NCBI GenBank assembly: GCA_010015805.1
Contig: ML978131.1
Location: 992,001-1,056,000, forward strand
DNA from: Rhizodiscina lignyota
Taxonomy: Eukaryota
Reading direction: 5' to 3'
Length of the DNA stretch: 64,000 bases
Position 1 is the stretch's first letter; the number at the start of each line of letters is the position of its first letter. Made by a program: the position numbers and the translations under genes. The notes below the pieces were generated by a model. That model was given only the letters and a program-made list of their open reading frames with translations. It ran no database searches and had not been told where the DNA came from. Below, piece after piece: positions 1 through 13,077 of the stretch.

Positions 1-2707
1 CATGCAAGACTAGGATCTGGTCTGCCCTAACAATGGTGCTGAGTCTATGCGCGATGATGAGCATTGTTCTGCCCTGGCCAAGCGTTGTCAGAGCGTCTTG
101 GATGTGCTGCTCCGTCTCAGTGTCTAATGCAGCGGTAGCCTCGTCCAGCAGGATAATGCGAGGGCCTTTGAGAATCGTGCGTGCGATAGCAACACGCTGC
201 TTCTCACCCCCGGACAGTCTGAGGCCGCGGTCGCCGACCTTTGTCTCATATCGGTCGGGGAATGCCATAATCTTGTCGTGGATGCTGGCAGCCCGGCACG
301 CTTCGTAGACCTCCTCGTCTGACGCGCCGGGGTTGGCATATTTGAGATTGTACATCAGGGTTTCGTTGAAGAGAACTGTGTCCTGAGGGACGACGCCAAT
401 GTGCTTTCGCACTGATTCGATTGATAGACCTTGGACATCATGGCCGTCAACTTGGATGCTGCCGTCTTCAGGGTCATAGAAGCGGAACAATAACCTGAAG
501 ACAGTCGACTTTCCGCCTCCAGACTCACCGACCAAGGCAGTTGTTGTGCCTGGTTGGCAATCAAAGTCTAGACCCTTAAGAGCCGGCTTCCTCCCATCGT
601 ACGAGAACTTGACGTCGTCGAAGCGAATGTGGCCTTCACAGAAAGGTAATTCTTGCACTCCCGGCTTGTCGATCACAGTTGGTTGTTCCTTGAAAAGTTC
701 TAGCATCCGCTCCGAGTTAATCAGCGATGACTGTATCACGCGGTAGAATGTTCCGAAGTAGTTGAGTGGCGACTGCAGCTGCGCCATGTACGTCAGTAGC
801 GTGACGAACTTGCCCACTCGGAGCTGGTCGGTCGTGACTTGATAAGCGGCGATGAAGCATGTTATCATAAGGCCAATCATGAAGATGGAGTTTTGAGAAA
901 CGTTCATCAGGTTCAACGACAGCATGACCTTGTACTCAGCGGACTGATACATGTCGACTGCCCTCCGATACCGTCTGAACTCGTAGTCTTCGGCATTGAA
1001 GTACTTGACAGTTTCGTATGACACCATGGAGTCGTTCCTGGCACGTGTTAGAGCTTTAGAGAACATTAGAACATTACGAAACTCACTTGACAGCGTCTTG
1101 TTCTCTGTCTGCATTGACCATGACGCGTCGAATTTCGGCCCTCCACTGTGCCATGCGAATGGTCAAATAGATGTACCAGAACACAATGACCGCGACCACG
1201 AGCGCGTAATAGGCGTCAAACGCGATCAAGAAGTAAGCGACGGCCACGAACATATCCACGATGATCGGGACGACTTGAAAAGTGACCTGTTCCAAGAATG
1301 TGTTGATAGAGCTACCCTTTCCCATCGCAGACAGTACTTCTCCGGTCTTCTTGCCAAGGTGAAAGTCGAGGCTCAAGCTGTGGACATGTTCGAACGTCGC
1401 GATTGAGAGTTCTCTGTACGAGTACTGTCCCACCGGTATCCAGAGTACGGCTCGAGCGGCTCCAAGGATGCCATTATTGCCCTGCAGGAAGCGGTACACG
1501 ACGTACAGGACGATGGCCGTCCATGGCATGCGCACTTCGCCATTCTCACCAGAGAGATCATCTGTAATTAAACCGACTTGGTATGGGACTAGCAAGTTCA
1601 GTCCTCGTTGCAGGATCACGATCAGGACGCAGAGAACCACGACAAGTTGGAGCTTTCGGTCTTTCGATGGCCAGAGGTATGGCAGGAAAATGGAGTAGCC
1701 ACGAATGTACTCCCACCACGTCCGCGAGGGTATCTGAGTTGGTCGCACCCAACTTGGTTGTTCTTGTTCCTCGGGGCTACCCTTGCTCGCTGTGCCATAC
1801 CCATGACCGTTTGCACTTCCATTGGGAAAGCCGTTCGGCGTCTGTTGACCCGACAACAAGCCCGTCGTCTCTTCTGCGTCAGCTCTCTGTTGTTTAACTC
1901 TTGCTACAACTAGGAAAAGTACGTAGAAGCCAATCAGGGCACCGAGGAGGAGGATACGGAGTATGTCCAGAACCACCTCGGCAATCTCCCACTTGGACGC
2001 GTCTCGTCTAAATTTGAAAGGAACGTCGTGGTGGCCGACTTTAGGGATGCGATGTTTTTCGGTGTAAAGGGATATCGAAAGTCCAAATAGTACTATTTCT
2101 AGTAGTTCGGCCAGGACCCAGGTGGACAGGTGCACGTACGTTGGAGACGGCTTGACGTCGATCAGGGAGATGAGAATGAGGAAGTAAACAAAGAAGGATC
2201 CGACGACGTAGATCTGTAACAGTGACGGTTAGACGCGTCTCATGCAATTGACTGCGTCCGAGAGGCAACACTTACCACATAAGCCTGTCCGCACCAGTAC
2301 CCCTCCTTTCGGTCCACCAGCGCGTGGAGGATGACTGTGGCGGCATTGCCCACGAGTGAGAGGCAGATGAAGACGGAGATCCACTGGAAAAGCAGCTTCT
2401 GGCCATGTGGAAGATCATCCTTCTCTTTGTTTTTGCGTCGTGAAGCTCGTTGTGCGGAGGAGCTCGGTAGAGGCTTCCCGCCTGGCCCTAGGAGTTGCGG
2501 CTTCGCGTCGGTTGAATTAGAATTATTACCATTACGGGCAGACAGTACGCTGCGTGTGGTGAAGATGAAGAGGAAGAAAAAGACGAGCACGAGCGGGGAG
2601 GCAAAGTGAAGGTAGGTGAGCCAGTCTTGGTAGCGCTGCTGGGGCTGATGCTCGGAAGGGTGGTGGTGAGTGGAGTGAGAGTTCGGAGCGGTTGAGATTG
2701 ATGTCAT
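1..2707 (-). CDS. HMT1: Heavy-metal-tolerance ABC half-transporter (HMT1/ABCB6 family); 3' end lies beyond the left edge of the window
   Basis: ATG at 2707; introns at about 2275-2214 and 1086-1038. Extra N-terminal TM domain, ABC membrane domain (FEHVHSLSLDFHLGKKTGEV), Walker A GESGGGKST (~530-504), signature LSGGEKQRVAIAR and Walker B IILLDEAT. Confidence 0.9.
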
Positions 2708-3591
2708 GGTCGTCAGTCCTGTCCCCCGCGGCGTGAGTTGAATTGGGGGAGGAGGAGGGTGTTGAAGGTGAGGAGGTTGAGAGATGTGACGACGGCCGCT
2801 GCTACAGGTTCGCCTCAGCCATTGCTCACTTGACGTGCACAGGTGTTCTCGGGACCAGTATTAGGTGTGTGGCGATGGACGAGAGCGTGAGCAAAGGGCA
2901 TATGATTCGGGGCAGGCTAGCGCTCCCTAAATCGCATCTACGCCAGCGCGCTAGAGGGCAGCTAGCGACCGAATTGACTGCGTGCCAGCCATTTGCAGCG
3001 CCGGCCAGCATCTGCTGTTCCTCGCACCACTCCCCCGTCCACGCCTCTGGCCCCCTCTGCCCCTCCGCTGCAGCGCTGTGGGCCGTGGATGTACCTAGAA
3101 GTCTCGTCTGTACGCTATCACGCTGCACCTCGTGCAAGGCGTCCGTGCGCGCCAGCGACGCAGCCTCTGCTGCCCAAGCGCTGGCCTGCCGAGCCGGGCC
3201 AGAGTGTCGCGAAAGCCACACCTGCTGCGCCCGCTCCACCCAGGCCTGGCGCCCACCACGCGCGTCACGACTCAGCGGCGACAGCTGGACAAGCATTTCT
3301 TCAACCGCCCTGCTGGGCCGTCATCCAACACACTCTCGTCGACCCTTCGTCCAGCGCCTGCCCGCATCGCACTCCTTCGCTCCTTCCCCGCCTTCGCGTA
3401 CGAGCTGCCCGCGAGCCCATGAGTGAGCCCTCGCGCCTGCCTCGCGCTGGCCCGCTGGAACTGGAAGCTGCGTCGAGTGGAAGTGGCGCTCCTTGCTGCC
3501 CTCCGCCCGCCAGCATGCGATAGACGCGCCTTCCAGATCGCCTCCCTTCCACGTCACGTCGCTCACACCTGACGCTTGAAGGGCAGTCGCC

Positions 3592-6500
3592 ATGGCCGCC
3601 GACGGCGCGCGCAGAGCCTCCAACCCCCCGCTGTCCCTCTCCGCCCAGGCTCAGGCTCAGGCTCAGGCCCACGCACACCCAGCTCCTCCACCGCCGCCTC
3701 CTCCTCTCCCACCGCCCAGGAACGTCACGGCCCGCAATGCATTTGCGCGATTTGTGACCCAGTCATTAAGTACATATGGTGCCGCGAGACCCCAGACTGC
3801 CAGCACGAGCCGTTCCGACGGCGGCAGGCCGCGAGCGGCGCCATTTCTTCCCGTCATCCAAGGGTGAGTCTTCTCGAATTACCTTCTGCCCTCGCGGCAA
3901 GATCTCTGCCACTGTCAGACACCGCCGATCTCGCATGATCTGGCAGCAAGGCATAGGCTGACCGTACTGTTGTACAGCGTCAATGCGCTCTCCTCACAGG
4001 ACGCAACCCACCGGACTGGCCTTGAAATCTCGGCATTTGATATAAACCAAGAGCGCACGCATGCTGTATTAGCCGGACGGGAAATCCTCAAAACAGTGCA
4101 TGTTAACGGGACAAGGTGCTCGGAAGAGGCCAATCTCCGCACTGCGATCATCAACTATGCATCCCACAATACCAAAGGCTCTGGCCGGCATCGGGAGACT
4201 CTGGATATACATGATGTCAAGTGGTCGCATGGCGCCTACAGCACGCATATCGCGACTGCTGCCACCAATGGCAAGGTCGTGCTGTACGACCTCGGTCGAG
4301 CCGGCATTGAGCTTGCCCGGCTTCATGAACATTATCGACAAGTGCACAAACTTGCATTCAATCCCCATCAGGGCTATCTACTCCTTTCCGGTAGCCAAGA
4401 TGCCAGTGTTCGACTTTGGGATTTGCGCAGGATGAGCAAAGACAAGGATGTCTTTTCTTGTCGCAGCCAGCAGACTTACCACGGCCAGAGCGAGGGCATA
4501 AGAGATCTGAGATGGTCTCCAACCGATGGCTTCGAATTTGCCTTTGGCACCGATAATGGCGTTATCCAGAGATGGGACACCAGATATGCCAAAGGTCCGA
4601 AGCTGAAAATTAGTGCTCACGACAAGACCTGCCACGCAATCGACTGGCATCCAGATGGCAAGCATCTGCTCAGCGCGAGCTCTGACAAAACAGTCAAAGT
4701 CTGGGATTTCTCCTCGGAACAGCGTCGCCAGAAACCGGCGTGGGTGTTGCGTACACCTTATCCCGTTTCAAACGTGAGATGGAGGCCCCCATGCTTCGCG
4801 TCAAGTAAGCAGGATCAAGGTGCATGGCACAGCACCCAATTCGCAACGACATTTGAGAAACACTCACCGGTCATGATCTGGGATTTTCGACGGCCCTACG
4901 TTCCATTCCGAGAAATCGTGAAATGGTCAACGCCGCCGACGGATATGCTCTGGCATTCGCAGCACTTACTTTGGACCGTTGGCCGCGAAGGAATCTTCGC
5001 CCAGTCTGACATTCACTTTGCGCCCAAGGTGCTTGATAGACGAAACATGCAGGCCTTCGCCCTCTCACCAATCGGTGATATATGCGCCTTCTCTCAGAAG
5101 AGGTCAAAGCGTAGAGACTCCGGCCTCGAATACATGTCGGATTACTCTACTTCTCTTGAGAGTAGAGATAGACGTAGCGCGACTGAAAATTCGTCTGCTG
5201 TAAATCTGAGCAGAAGCTCTGCCGACGACAGCATTGATGACTCGTTCCTCAGCTCCTCATTCAGGAGACATCATGGCCGGACCTCAAGTAACCGGTCAGC
5301 GAAATCGATAAGTAGCACTCCACCCTCGTCAGATGAATTTCCTATGAAGTCGTTGGAGGATTCTTTGAAGAATCAAAATGAGCATTACCGGCCAAACCAA
5401 GCGTCTTTCCGTGGCAACATCGGTGGTGCAATTGAGCTTGCGCATTTTGCTTTTTTGGCGCAGAAGTACAAGTCTGCACCTTTGAGGCAGCCCCTCTCAA
5501 TCGAGTCTTTCCAAGATGTAGGGAAAATATTCGAGCAGAATGCAGACTACGCACAGCGAACAGCTGCATACAGAATCGCCCAGTCCTTTCGTATTACTGG
5601 CTCGGCAGTCTCTTACATGCTGAACCAGAGGGCCGAAGCCATGAGACGTAAGAGACTAGGACTTGCCAGTACAAAAGAGGCCGGAAAAATTGTTAGACAA
5701 TCTTCCCTGGTAAAAATTAAAAAGCCGGAAGATCGAAGATTACTTACTCCTGCGATAAAGGCTACACAAGGTCCAGAGTCTGCACTCAAAACCGTTTGGG
5801 AAAGCACGTCAAATGTGCCTACACCTCTTGCTCGTCCGCAAAATACAACGGCAATCAGTCATACCACTGTTCCCTCGTTATCTGAGTTGGATCGTGAAGA
5901 CCCGGTTGCTCTGCCTCCACCAATTGCAGGGCCACCACCAATTTCGCCTACATTGCACCGAGCGCCGACCGAGCCACACAGGTCGCACATGCACAGGCCC
6001 GAATTTCATAGCCCGCAATGGTTCAGCTCAACCGGCGACTTAAGCGAGCGTCGAGCAATGCTCAGCCAATATCGTCAGCCACCGAAAGCTCCGCTCAATC
6101 TGGAACCTCCAAGCATGTCCTCTCCACAAGTAGGACCAATCAACATACCTCCTTCCCTCGGTAGGCACAATTCTGATGAGAGCTTTGCAATGTTTTCCAC
6201 GTCTTCAGACTCGCGCAACTTATCCGTGCCAGGATCTTTAGCAAGCGCTCGCTCAGTGCCCCGACAGATGGACGCCGTACCTGAGGCGTGGGAAGGAATG
6301 GGTAGCGCAGAGAGCTCTGGTGTCTGGAAGAGCGACTCAGACAAATCGCAAGGTAATGGCATTGATTCGAGCGGCCAGTTGGAGAAAGGATCGTGGCCAG
6401 ATAGTGGCTCCTTGGATCTTTCATCTGGCAGCCTCGAAGATTCTGCTCCCATTCCACCAACTGCGAATCAAGGAGACAGGGTCCACTTTGAAGAACCGAA

Positions 6501-8100
6501 AGAGAAGCCACAGACGAGTTTGCTATCGCCCAAGGCAGCAATTCAGCCGGAATCGTCTGTCATGTCACCGAAACTGGCTTCGCAACCTCTTCCGTTTAAC
6601 AGGATAGCAGATGTGGCACCATCAAGTTCAGGATCAGGACCGTCTCATGGCACTCATGGCACATGGAGCACGTCCAATACTTCTGCAAGTCGGGTTGAGA
6701 ATCTGGAGGCAAGTGGCACAATCGTACCTGAAGAAGGGCCATCGCAAATCACGAGTCCGCAAGGGGCTTACACGCCAAAGCTTCCACACGAGACCAGGAG
6801 TGTCCCAGCAGCGCTTCAAAGTGGACTAGTCAGTGACTTGACATCGCAAGCTCTGATAGTAGCCGATTTCGCCTCTCCCGATGGGACAGACACGGAATCA
6901 TCGTTACCGTTCTCAATCGTCGAGTTACTGCAGTCTCTGCTGGAATATCATACCTCTACTCTATCCGACGCTCAAACGGCATCACATCTACTGCTACTCC
7001 TCACCCCGCTCCTTCCTCCAACTCACGCTTCTCCTAACAATGGCGACTCGCGGATGCTAGCCGCATACACCGACCATCTCACGTCTCTCGGCCTTCCTCC
7101 GGACACAGTAGAACGCACACTCTCCACCTCCCTCACCGGCTTCCTCCAGAACGGTCTCCATCCCCTCCAAGCAGAAACCATCCTCTCAACATACCATGCC
7201 CAACTCCTCTCTCTACAGCTCTACAATTCGGCCGCCCAGCTCCGCCGTCTCTGCTACCCGGCCTTCCCAGCCGTCTACGAGCAGAGCATCAAGGACACCA
7301 GCGTCGGCATGCTTTGCCTCGCCTGTGGAAGCCCCATCAACAACCCGCGCGGCAAGATGCGCTGCGAGACGTGTTCCAGACGGCAGGCCCCGTGTCCGGT
7401 GTGCTGGTGCGAGCGAACCCAAATCGAGATTTCGGCGCCGAACTCTAGCAAGAAAGGGAAGAGGAAGAAGTCGAAGTCTAGAGCGTCTTCGTTCAGCGCG
7501 TCGGCGATGGCAATATCGACTTCGTTGGGCGTGGAGAAGGCGGACGCCATTGGCGGTGGCGTTGGCGTTGGGCCCGAAAGAAGCAATGCTGCTCCGCAGG
7601 GTATCGTCGAGGACCCCGTGCTGGACCCTGCGTCACTGGCGCAGGCACGAGCTCCACTCCCAACACTCTGGCTCACATGCCCCCTCTGCAATCACGGCGG
7701 CCATCTTGCCTGCCTCTCCTCGTGGTTTTCTTCTCCATCTGACGACGCGCCGGAGTCTGAGGGCGCGTGTGCGTCTCCGGGATGTACTTGTGATTGTGCT
7801 CCTGGAGCGCTACGCGAAGAGAGGGTTTTGCAGATGGAGCAGAGGGTTGCGAAGAGTGAAAGGGAGAGGGGAAGGGAAGGACGAGTTAGAGGGGATGAGT
7901 GGATGGCTACAGAGAGTCGGGCAGTTAGTCAGGTTAGGGGTATGGTGGATCCGGTTGGTGCAGGTGCACCTGTCGGTGGTAATGCAAGTGGGATCGTCAC
8001 TGCGAGTGGGAAGGATAGGGAGAGAGAGGGTAGGAGGGTCAGGTTGGTGGAGCCTGATGGTGGTGGTGGGTTGAAGAGGAATTGGGTTATGGGGAATTGA
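3592..8100 (+). CDS. RTC1: WD40-repeat SEACAT/GATOR2 subunit (Rtc1/Sea2/WDR24-like) with C-terminal RING-like Cys/His cluster
   Basis: Exon 1 3592-3863; intron 3864-3977 (GTGAGT...GCTGAC...TACAG). N-terminal WD40 repeats (LLLSGSQDASVRLWDLR, LLSASSDKTVKVWDF), long low-complexity middle region, C-terminal CPVCW...CPLCNHGGHLAC. Confidence 0.85.
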
Positions 8101-8604
8101 GCGATGGCGTTGGGGGCAAGATATGATTTGAACGGCGAACTGCCTGTTGTAAGATACGTCTTTGATTGAGCTCGGCGTTGGTATGGATTCTCGTGGTCTT
8201 TTCTGTAGCGTTTTTATGCATCAAGGAGGAGCGGCTACGACTTTCGGCGTAGCTACGTGAGGTTTTACTTTTGACTCATCCACAAGGTCACTTCCGTGTC
8301 AATTCCTTCTCTCTCACCTTCACAATGGTCAGGCTTGGCGCTTCTTACACGGCAGCTATTAACTTTGGCGAGCAAGCACCAGCTCACGGTCACGCGACAC
8401 AGCGGCTACTATCGGTTTTCGTATACTTGACTATGATAATACACCTGCATAACTTTCTTGTTTCCTTATTCTTTAACTCATAAATTTCAGGAATATCTTG
8501 GATTGTCCTCATCAAAATCTCGATCATCATTCTCTTCCTCTATCTAGCCTTTACTCGCTTTAGCAGAACCCTTTTGATACTCATTACATTTGTCGACGAT
8601 TACG

Positions 8605-9297
8605 ATGAGCGAGCCTGATCCTTCGAATCCGGCGCCGCCGTGGTTCCCGCCGCCGCCATACTCAACCGAAATCTCCCTTCCGGCCCTGGCGCACGAGATT
8701 GCAGAGGCAAATCCTTATGGAGCCCTCCTGAGCGCACGCAAAATCCTCGACTTAAAGTCCAACAGTCTAACGAAACTTACGTGGGAGGAGCAAGAGCTGC
8801 GCAACAGGATCCGGACTAATGAGTTCATGGAGCGGATGCACGCACTCCGCGATACAACTTCTACGGAGAAGAGCGAACACGATGATCCGGACACCAGAGC
8901 ATCAACGCCGCGTCCGCAACACCCAGTTCCGCCATTCTGGCCGTCCCCACCGTATGAAGACTCGTTGAAAAGCTTCGCTCACCAAGTGTCGGAGGCGTGT
9001 CCGTTGTTTGTTATCGTGGGCGCGAAGATGCAGCTCCGCCATCGCCATCGCCAAAGGACTCCCGCCGAGGATGCGCTGTGCGAGAAGATCTGCGATAATG
9101 AGTCCCTGAATGGGTGGGAGAAGTGGCAGATTCTAGAGGCAAGGCGACGAGGGATTCCTGTACCCGAGGAGGTGCGTCGTGGCGAGGTGGGCATTGTTGC
9201 ATTTGATGCGTCGATTGTGAGCGCGAAGGTAACGGTGCGGTGGTCGTTGATGGATAGTGTTGATAGGATTTGGGTATGGGGCGTGGAGTATCGGTGA
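8605..9297 (+). CDS. Hypothetical protein with two copies of an unrecognised Pro-rich/helical repeat domain (paralog A)
   Basis: Open frame from ATG 8605. Internal repeats PAPPWFPPPPYSTEISLPALAHEIAEANPY and PVPPFWPSPPYEDSLKSFAHQVSEACPL; clear similarity to the neighbouring ORF. Confidence 0.7.
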   Translation: MSEPDPSNPAPPWFPPPPYSTEISLPALAHEIAEANPYGALLSARKILDLKSNSLTKLTWEEQELRNRIRTNEFMERMHALRDTTSTEKSEHDDPDTRASTPRPQHPVPPFWPSPPYEDSLKSFAHQVSEACPLFVIVGAKMQLRHRHRQRTPAEDALCEKICDNESLNGWEKWQILEARRRGIPVPEEVRRGEVGIVAFDASIVSAKVTVRWSLMDSVDRIWVWGVEYR

Positions 9298-9982
9298 TTG
9301 GAAGACGGTGGCACGGAGTTGGAAGTTCCGATTGATCTTGAGAGTTGGCATACCCGATAGGTTAGGTTCATGGTACATGGCATATGGATGCTGAGTTCTT
9401 TGCGGTTAGTGGCGGTGTCATGAGCTCTTGGATCCTTGTTCAGATGCTCATCTTCACAACATTTTCATATCAGCTTTCGAAATTCTCTCATTTTGTGCCA
9501 CTTTCAAACATCTTAGCGCTTTATCTTAGGCGGTCACGAAGTTGTTCGTCGTACAATCAGTCGCCGCCTTGAGGCACGCGCCCTGGCGGATATTGACCCC
9601 TTTCTTTGCCTTCTTGTTCACAACTCTGCTCTTCACGTTTCCTTCATTTCAAATGTGTCACGAACCGCTTATCTATGTCCATTTCAGGCATTTTGGCGCT
9701 TGTGTGCGGGATGCCACGGAGTTGTTTGGAGCCGTTGTCACCCTGAGCCACGTGAACCCACAGATGTCATAGGCTTTCTTGCCTGCGGCGACTATAAATT
9801 AGAGTTCTTTCTTGCTCTTATCAGGCCTTCTCTTATATTCTCCCTTCACTTTTGATTATATCTCACTTTCAACTATACCTCATTTTCAACTCTCCCCTGT
9901 CCCAAAACCCCCTCACCCGTGCATATACAGCTACCACAAACATAAGGACAGCCACAACCACTCGAGAAACGCAATAAGCACA

Positions 9983-10687
9983 ATGGCCCCTTCTAGTTCC
10001 GCCTACCCGGGCCCACCATGGTTCCCAGCTCCACCTTACGAGAGCTCTATCAAGGCGCTAGCACACGGCATCGTTGATTTATGGCCTTATATGGCCTTGA
10101 GTGGCGCTCGTATGATGTTCTCGGGAAAGCTCATGTACTCAGAGCCTCTGGATGAGCGCGAGCAGACTCTTCTCGAACTGCTTACCAACTACAAAGACGA
10201 ACGCCTACGACGGACTGAGAAGGCTTATATCGACTGGCTCTCCCGCCACGAGCAGTGCTTAGCGCCTCCGAACCCAGCTCAACCGAGAAGCACCCACCAC
10301 CCTGAAGATCCCGCGCCGCCGAGCTTCCCCCGTCCGCCGTTCGAGGACTCTGTGCTATATCTTGCACATTACGTTGCCGAGGAGCACCCTTTCGCGGTCC
10401 TGGGAGGCGTTAAGATCGAACTTGATAAGTTGATCGACTTTGAGACGCCACTATCGGTGAGCGAAAGTATGATATATCATATGGTCCGCAATGATGAGAG
10501 GTTGAGGTGGTGGGGGAGAGAGCAGCAGGCTTGGGCGAGGCATATGGGTCGGGACAATTGGGTCCCTATCAAAGAGGATTTGATGCCTGGTGATGTTGAG
10601 CGAATGCGTAGGTCTCATGAGGAGAGATATGGTGGGCCTAGTGAAGGCGAGACGCTGCAAGTGGCTAATGATCGTACGACATCTTAA
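9983..10687 (+). CDS. Hypothetical protein with two copies of the same repeat domain (paralog B)
   Basis: ATG 9983 preceded by an A-rich leader. Repeats PGPPWFPAPPYESSIKALAHGIVDLWPY and PAPPSFPRPPFEDSVLYLAHYVAEEHPF. Confidence 0.7.
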   Translation: MAPSSSAYPGPPWFPAPPYESSIKALAHGIVDLWPYMALSGARMMFSGKLMYSEPLDEREQTLLELLTNYKDERLRRTEKAYIDWLSRHEQCLAPPNPAQPRSTHHPEDPAPPSFPRPPFEDSVLYLAHYVAEEHPFAVLGGVKIELDKLIDFETPLSVSESMIYHMVRNDERLRWWGREQQAWARHMGRDNWVPIKEDLMPGDVERMRRSHEERYGGPSEGETLQVANDRTTS

Positions 10688-11339
10688 GGGACGGGAGCAT
10701 ATGTAAAGATTAGACTGGACAGAGCAGTTGGTTCGGAAATGATCACGCTGGCGGTGCTGATAAGGTGTCTCCTGGGGAAGGTTTACTAGATTGATTGGAC
10801 ATGGCTATTCGGGACATGAAAGTAGCGGTATCACGGGATGAGCGAGAGCTTGGCCCAAAATCCGCAACCCTGAGGATTGCATGAGTATTTAATGAACGGC
10901 TGTAGTAAGAAGTATTTCATTATTCAGCACAAGCTGGAGCATCTCTGAAAGCTCGATTAAATCTACACTAGAGAGTATTTACCCTAAACCCTCAGCTTCG
11001 GTGTGTATAATATATGTTGAATGACGAGGATATACAGCCTCGCGGTTCGACACATTGCCATAAATCTCGGAGTGGCAGAGTCTAGGAGGGCCGTCGCCGT
11101 GCATGATCGCATCAAACCGCCCAGGCGCTACAAGCACGCATATTCATGCATCTCCACACGTCTATTTTCGCGAACGACGAAAGGGGAAACCCAGCGACAC
11201 GACCTGCTAGCAGATTAAGAACGGCATACTCTACCTACCAGAACACCGAGCTAATTGCGGACCCCGAATTGCGGTTCCAGCCTATACCTTGCGGTACTTC
11301 TCTATATCTGCTTTTATCAATTCGCCCGGCATTTTCTGG

Positions 11340-13077
11340 TCAATCTCGGTCCACATGTATTGGAGTCAGATGAACCTTGAGCGGGCCTTTCCGCCACATC
11401 AAATAGTTCCTTTGTTTGACCCAGTCCATGCTTGACTCATCTAGGCGCATGTCAAAGTTGTAGATGACCCGAGTAAGGATGAGGCGCATCTCGCTGTACG
11501 CGAGACTGCGGAAATCATCAGCTATGAACGATGAACTGAAGATGGTGGTACTCACTTGCGCCCTAGACAGTTCCGTGGACCGACGTGGAACGGCTGCAGT
11601 GCATCATCGCGGTCCTTGGCAAACTCAGGATCGTGGAGGAAGCGCTCAGGATGAAATTCATTCGCCTTGTGGAAGTAGCTTTCTCGCCGGTAGAGCGCCC
11701 ATTGATGGATTGCAACATACGTCTGCAGATCATGGTCAGCAAGTACGACTGATTGCGAGGCCAGAGATGGGTTCAAGAGCTGGCGCCTTACGTTTGCCGG
11801 TATAGCCCTTTCTAGGACTTGTGCCCCTCCCTGCGGAATTTGTCGAGGTAGCCCATTGGCGATTGGCGGATACATTCGAAGCCCTTCGTTCAAAACGGCC
11901 AGCATGTACGTCAGTTTCCCCACTGACACGAGATTGATGGCATCTTCCGAATCAAAGGATGTCCGAACCTCCTCGGCAAGCTTTCTGAACACATGAGGAT
12001 TTCGCAGAATGTAGTACGTAACGCCCGACAGCAGAGTCGCTGTTGTTTCAGAGCCGCCAATGATGAGGATCTCGGCGTTGGCGATCAATTTGTCCATTTC
12101 CAGGTGCTAGAGGCGTCAGCATGCCATTCGAGCTAAGCGGGGGGATATACAAGTTCGTCCTTCTTTTCCAGCAGTCCTTGGATGAGATCATGGCGCTCAT
12201 TGCCCATCTCGATTCTCTTGAGCATCTTTGCCGTAGTCAGTTCCTTGTGCCGCTGTTGGGCGTCTCGGGTAGATTTCGGTGCCAGGCTCATCAGAACTGT
12301 CTTGAGTCGAGGGACAAATGAGAGCGCCTGCAGGAGCGTGCCCAGCCGACCGGATTGGAAGATGCTCGCAATCCAGGCGTGATAGTTGGAGCCTTCGAGG
12401 CACCCAAACGACTCGCCAAAAGCTAGGTCGCCAATAATATCAAAAGTGCAATAGTTGTACCAGTCTGAAAGGATTATGGGATCCGTATTGCTCTGACAGT
12501 GCTCGTACAGCTTGCAAACCAGTAGATCGACATAACGCTTGATGATCGGCTCCTGCTCCCGCATGCCCTTCTCGGAGAAGCCATGGGCAAGCTGCCGGCG
12601 AAGGCGACGGTGCTCCTCTCGCGGCTCATTCACTATGTGCCTGGGCAAGGATTCGACCGGCTGATAGAACCACTCCGCTTTGCTGCACTCCTTGCCAGAC
12701 TTTTGGTGGCCCATAATGTCCGTCCAAGCATTGGGATGCGAAAAGGCGAGCTCGTCGGGAGCTACACGCACAATGTCTCCATATTTCTCGTGCAGGTCCA
12801 GCATGTCGAACGGCAGCGTACCGTTGATGTGCTTGTAAAAGTAGGGCAGTCGGGAAATCTTGTGTGACAGAGGACCGGGGAACTCGCGGAGCGGGTGAAG
12901 GAAGACATTGTAAATGACTTTGACTATGACTTTCAAGATGGCCTTTCACTCCAGAACGTCAGTTGAGCCTTCAGATCGGTCTATTCGAAGACTACGAGAC
13001 CTCACCAACGACGAGACGAATAGTAAGATTCTAGGCAAAGTGCCAATTCCCAGGACAAGTTCGACAGTTGGACTCAT
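11340..13077 (-). CDS. Cytochrome P450 monooxygenase (CYP65/Tri11-like)
   Basis: ATG 13077; introns about 13005-12943, 12150-12107, 11791-11723 and one just after the heme motif. Motifs: FPGP hinge, I-helix GGSETT, ExxR (EGLR), PERF, heme ligand FHVGPRNCLG. Confidence 0.92.

Noticed and set aside
495..528. Apparent GTGAGT...CAG mini-intron in HMT1
   Set aside because: The sequence is the Walker A coding region (GESGGGKST) read in frame; it is not an intron.
2743..3523. Long overlapping ORFs (227, 176 and 156 aa) between HMT1 and RTC1
   Set aside because: GC-rich divergent promoter; the translations are low-complexity, motif-less and mostly start at non-ATG codons.
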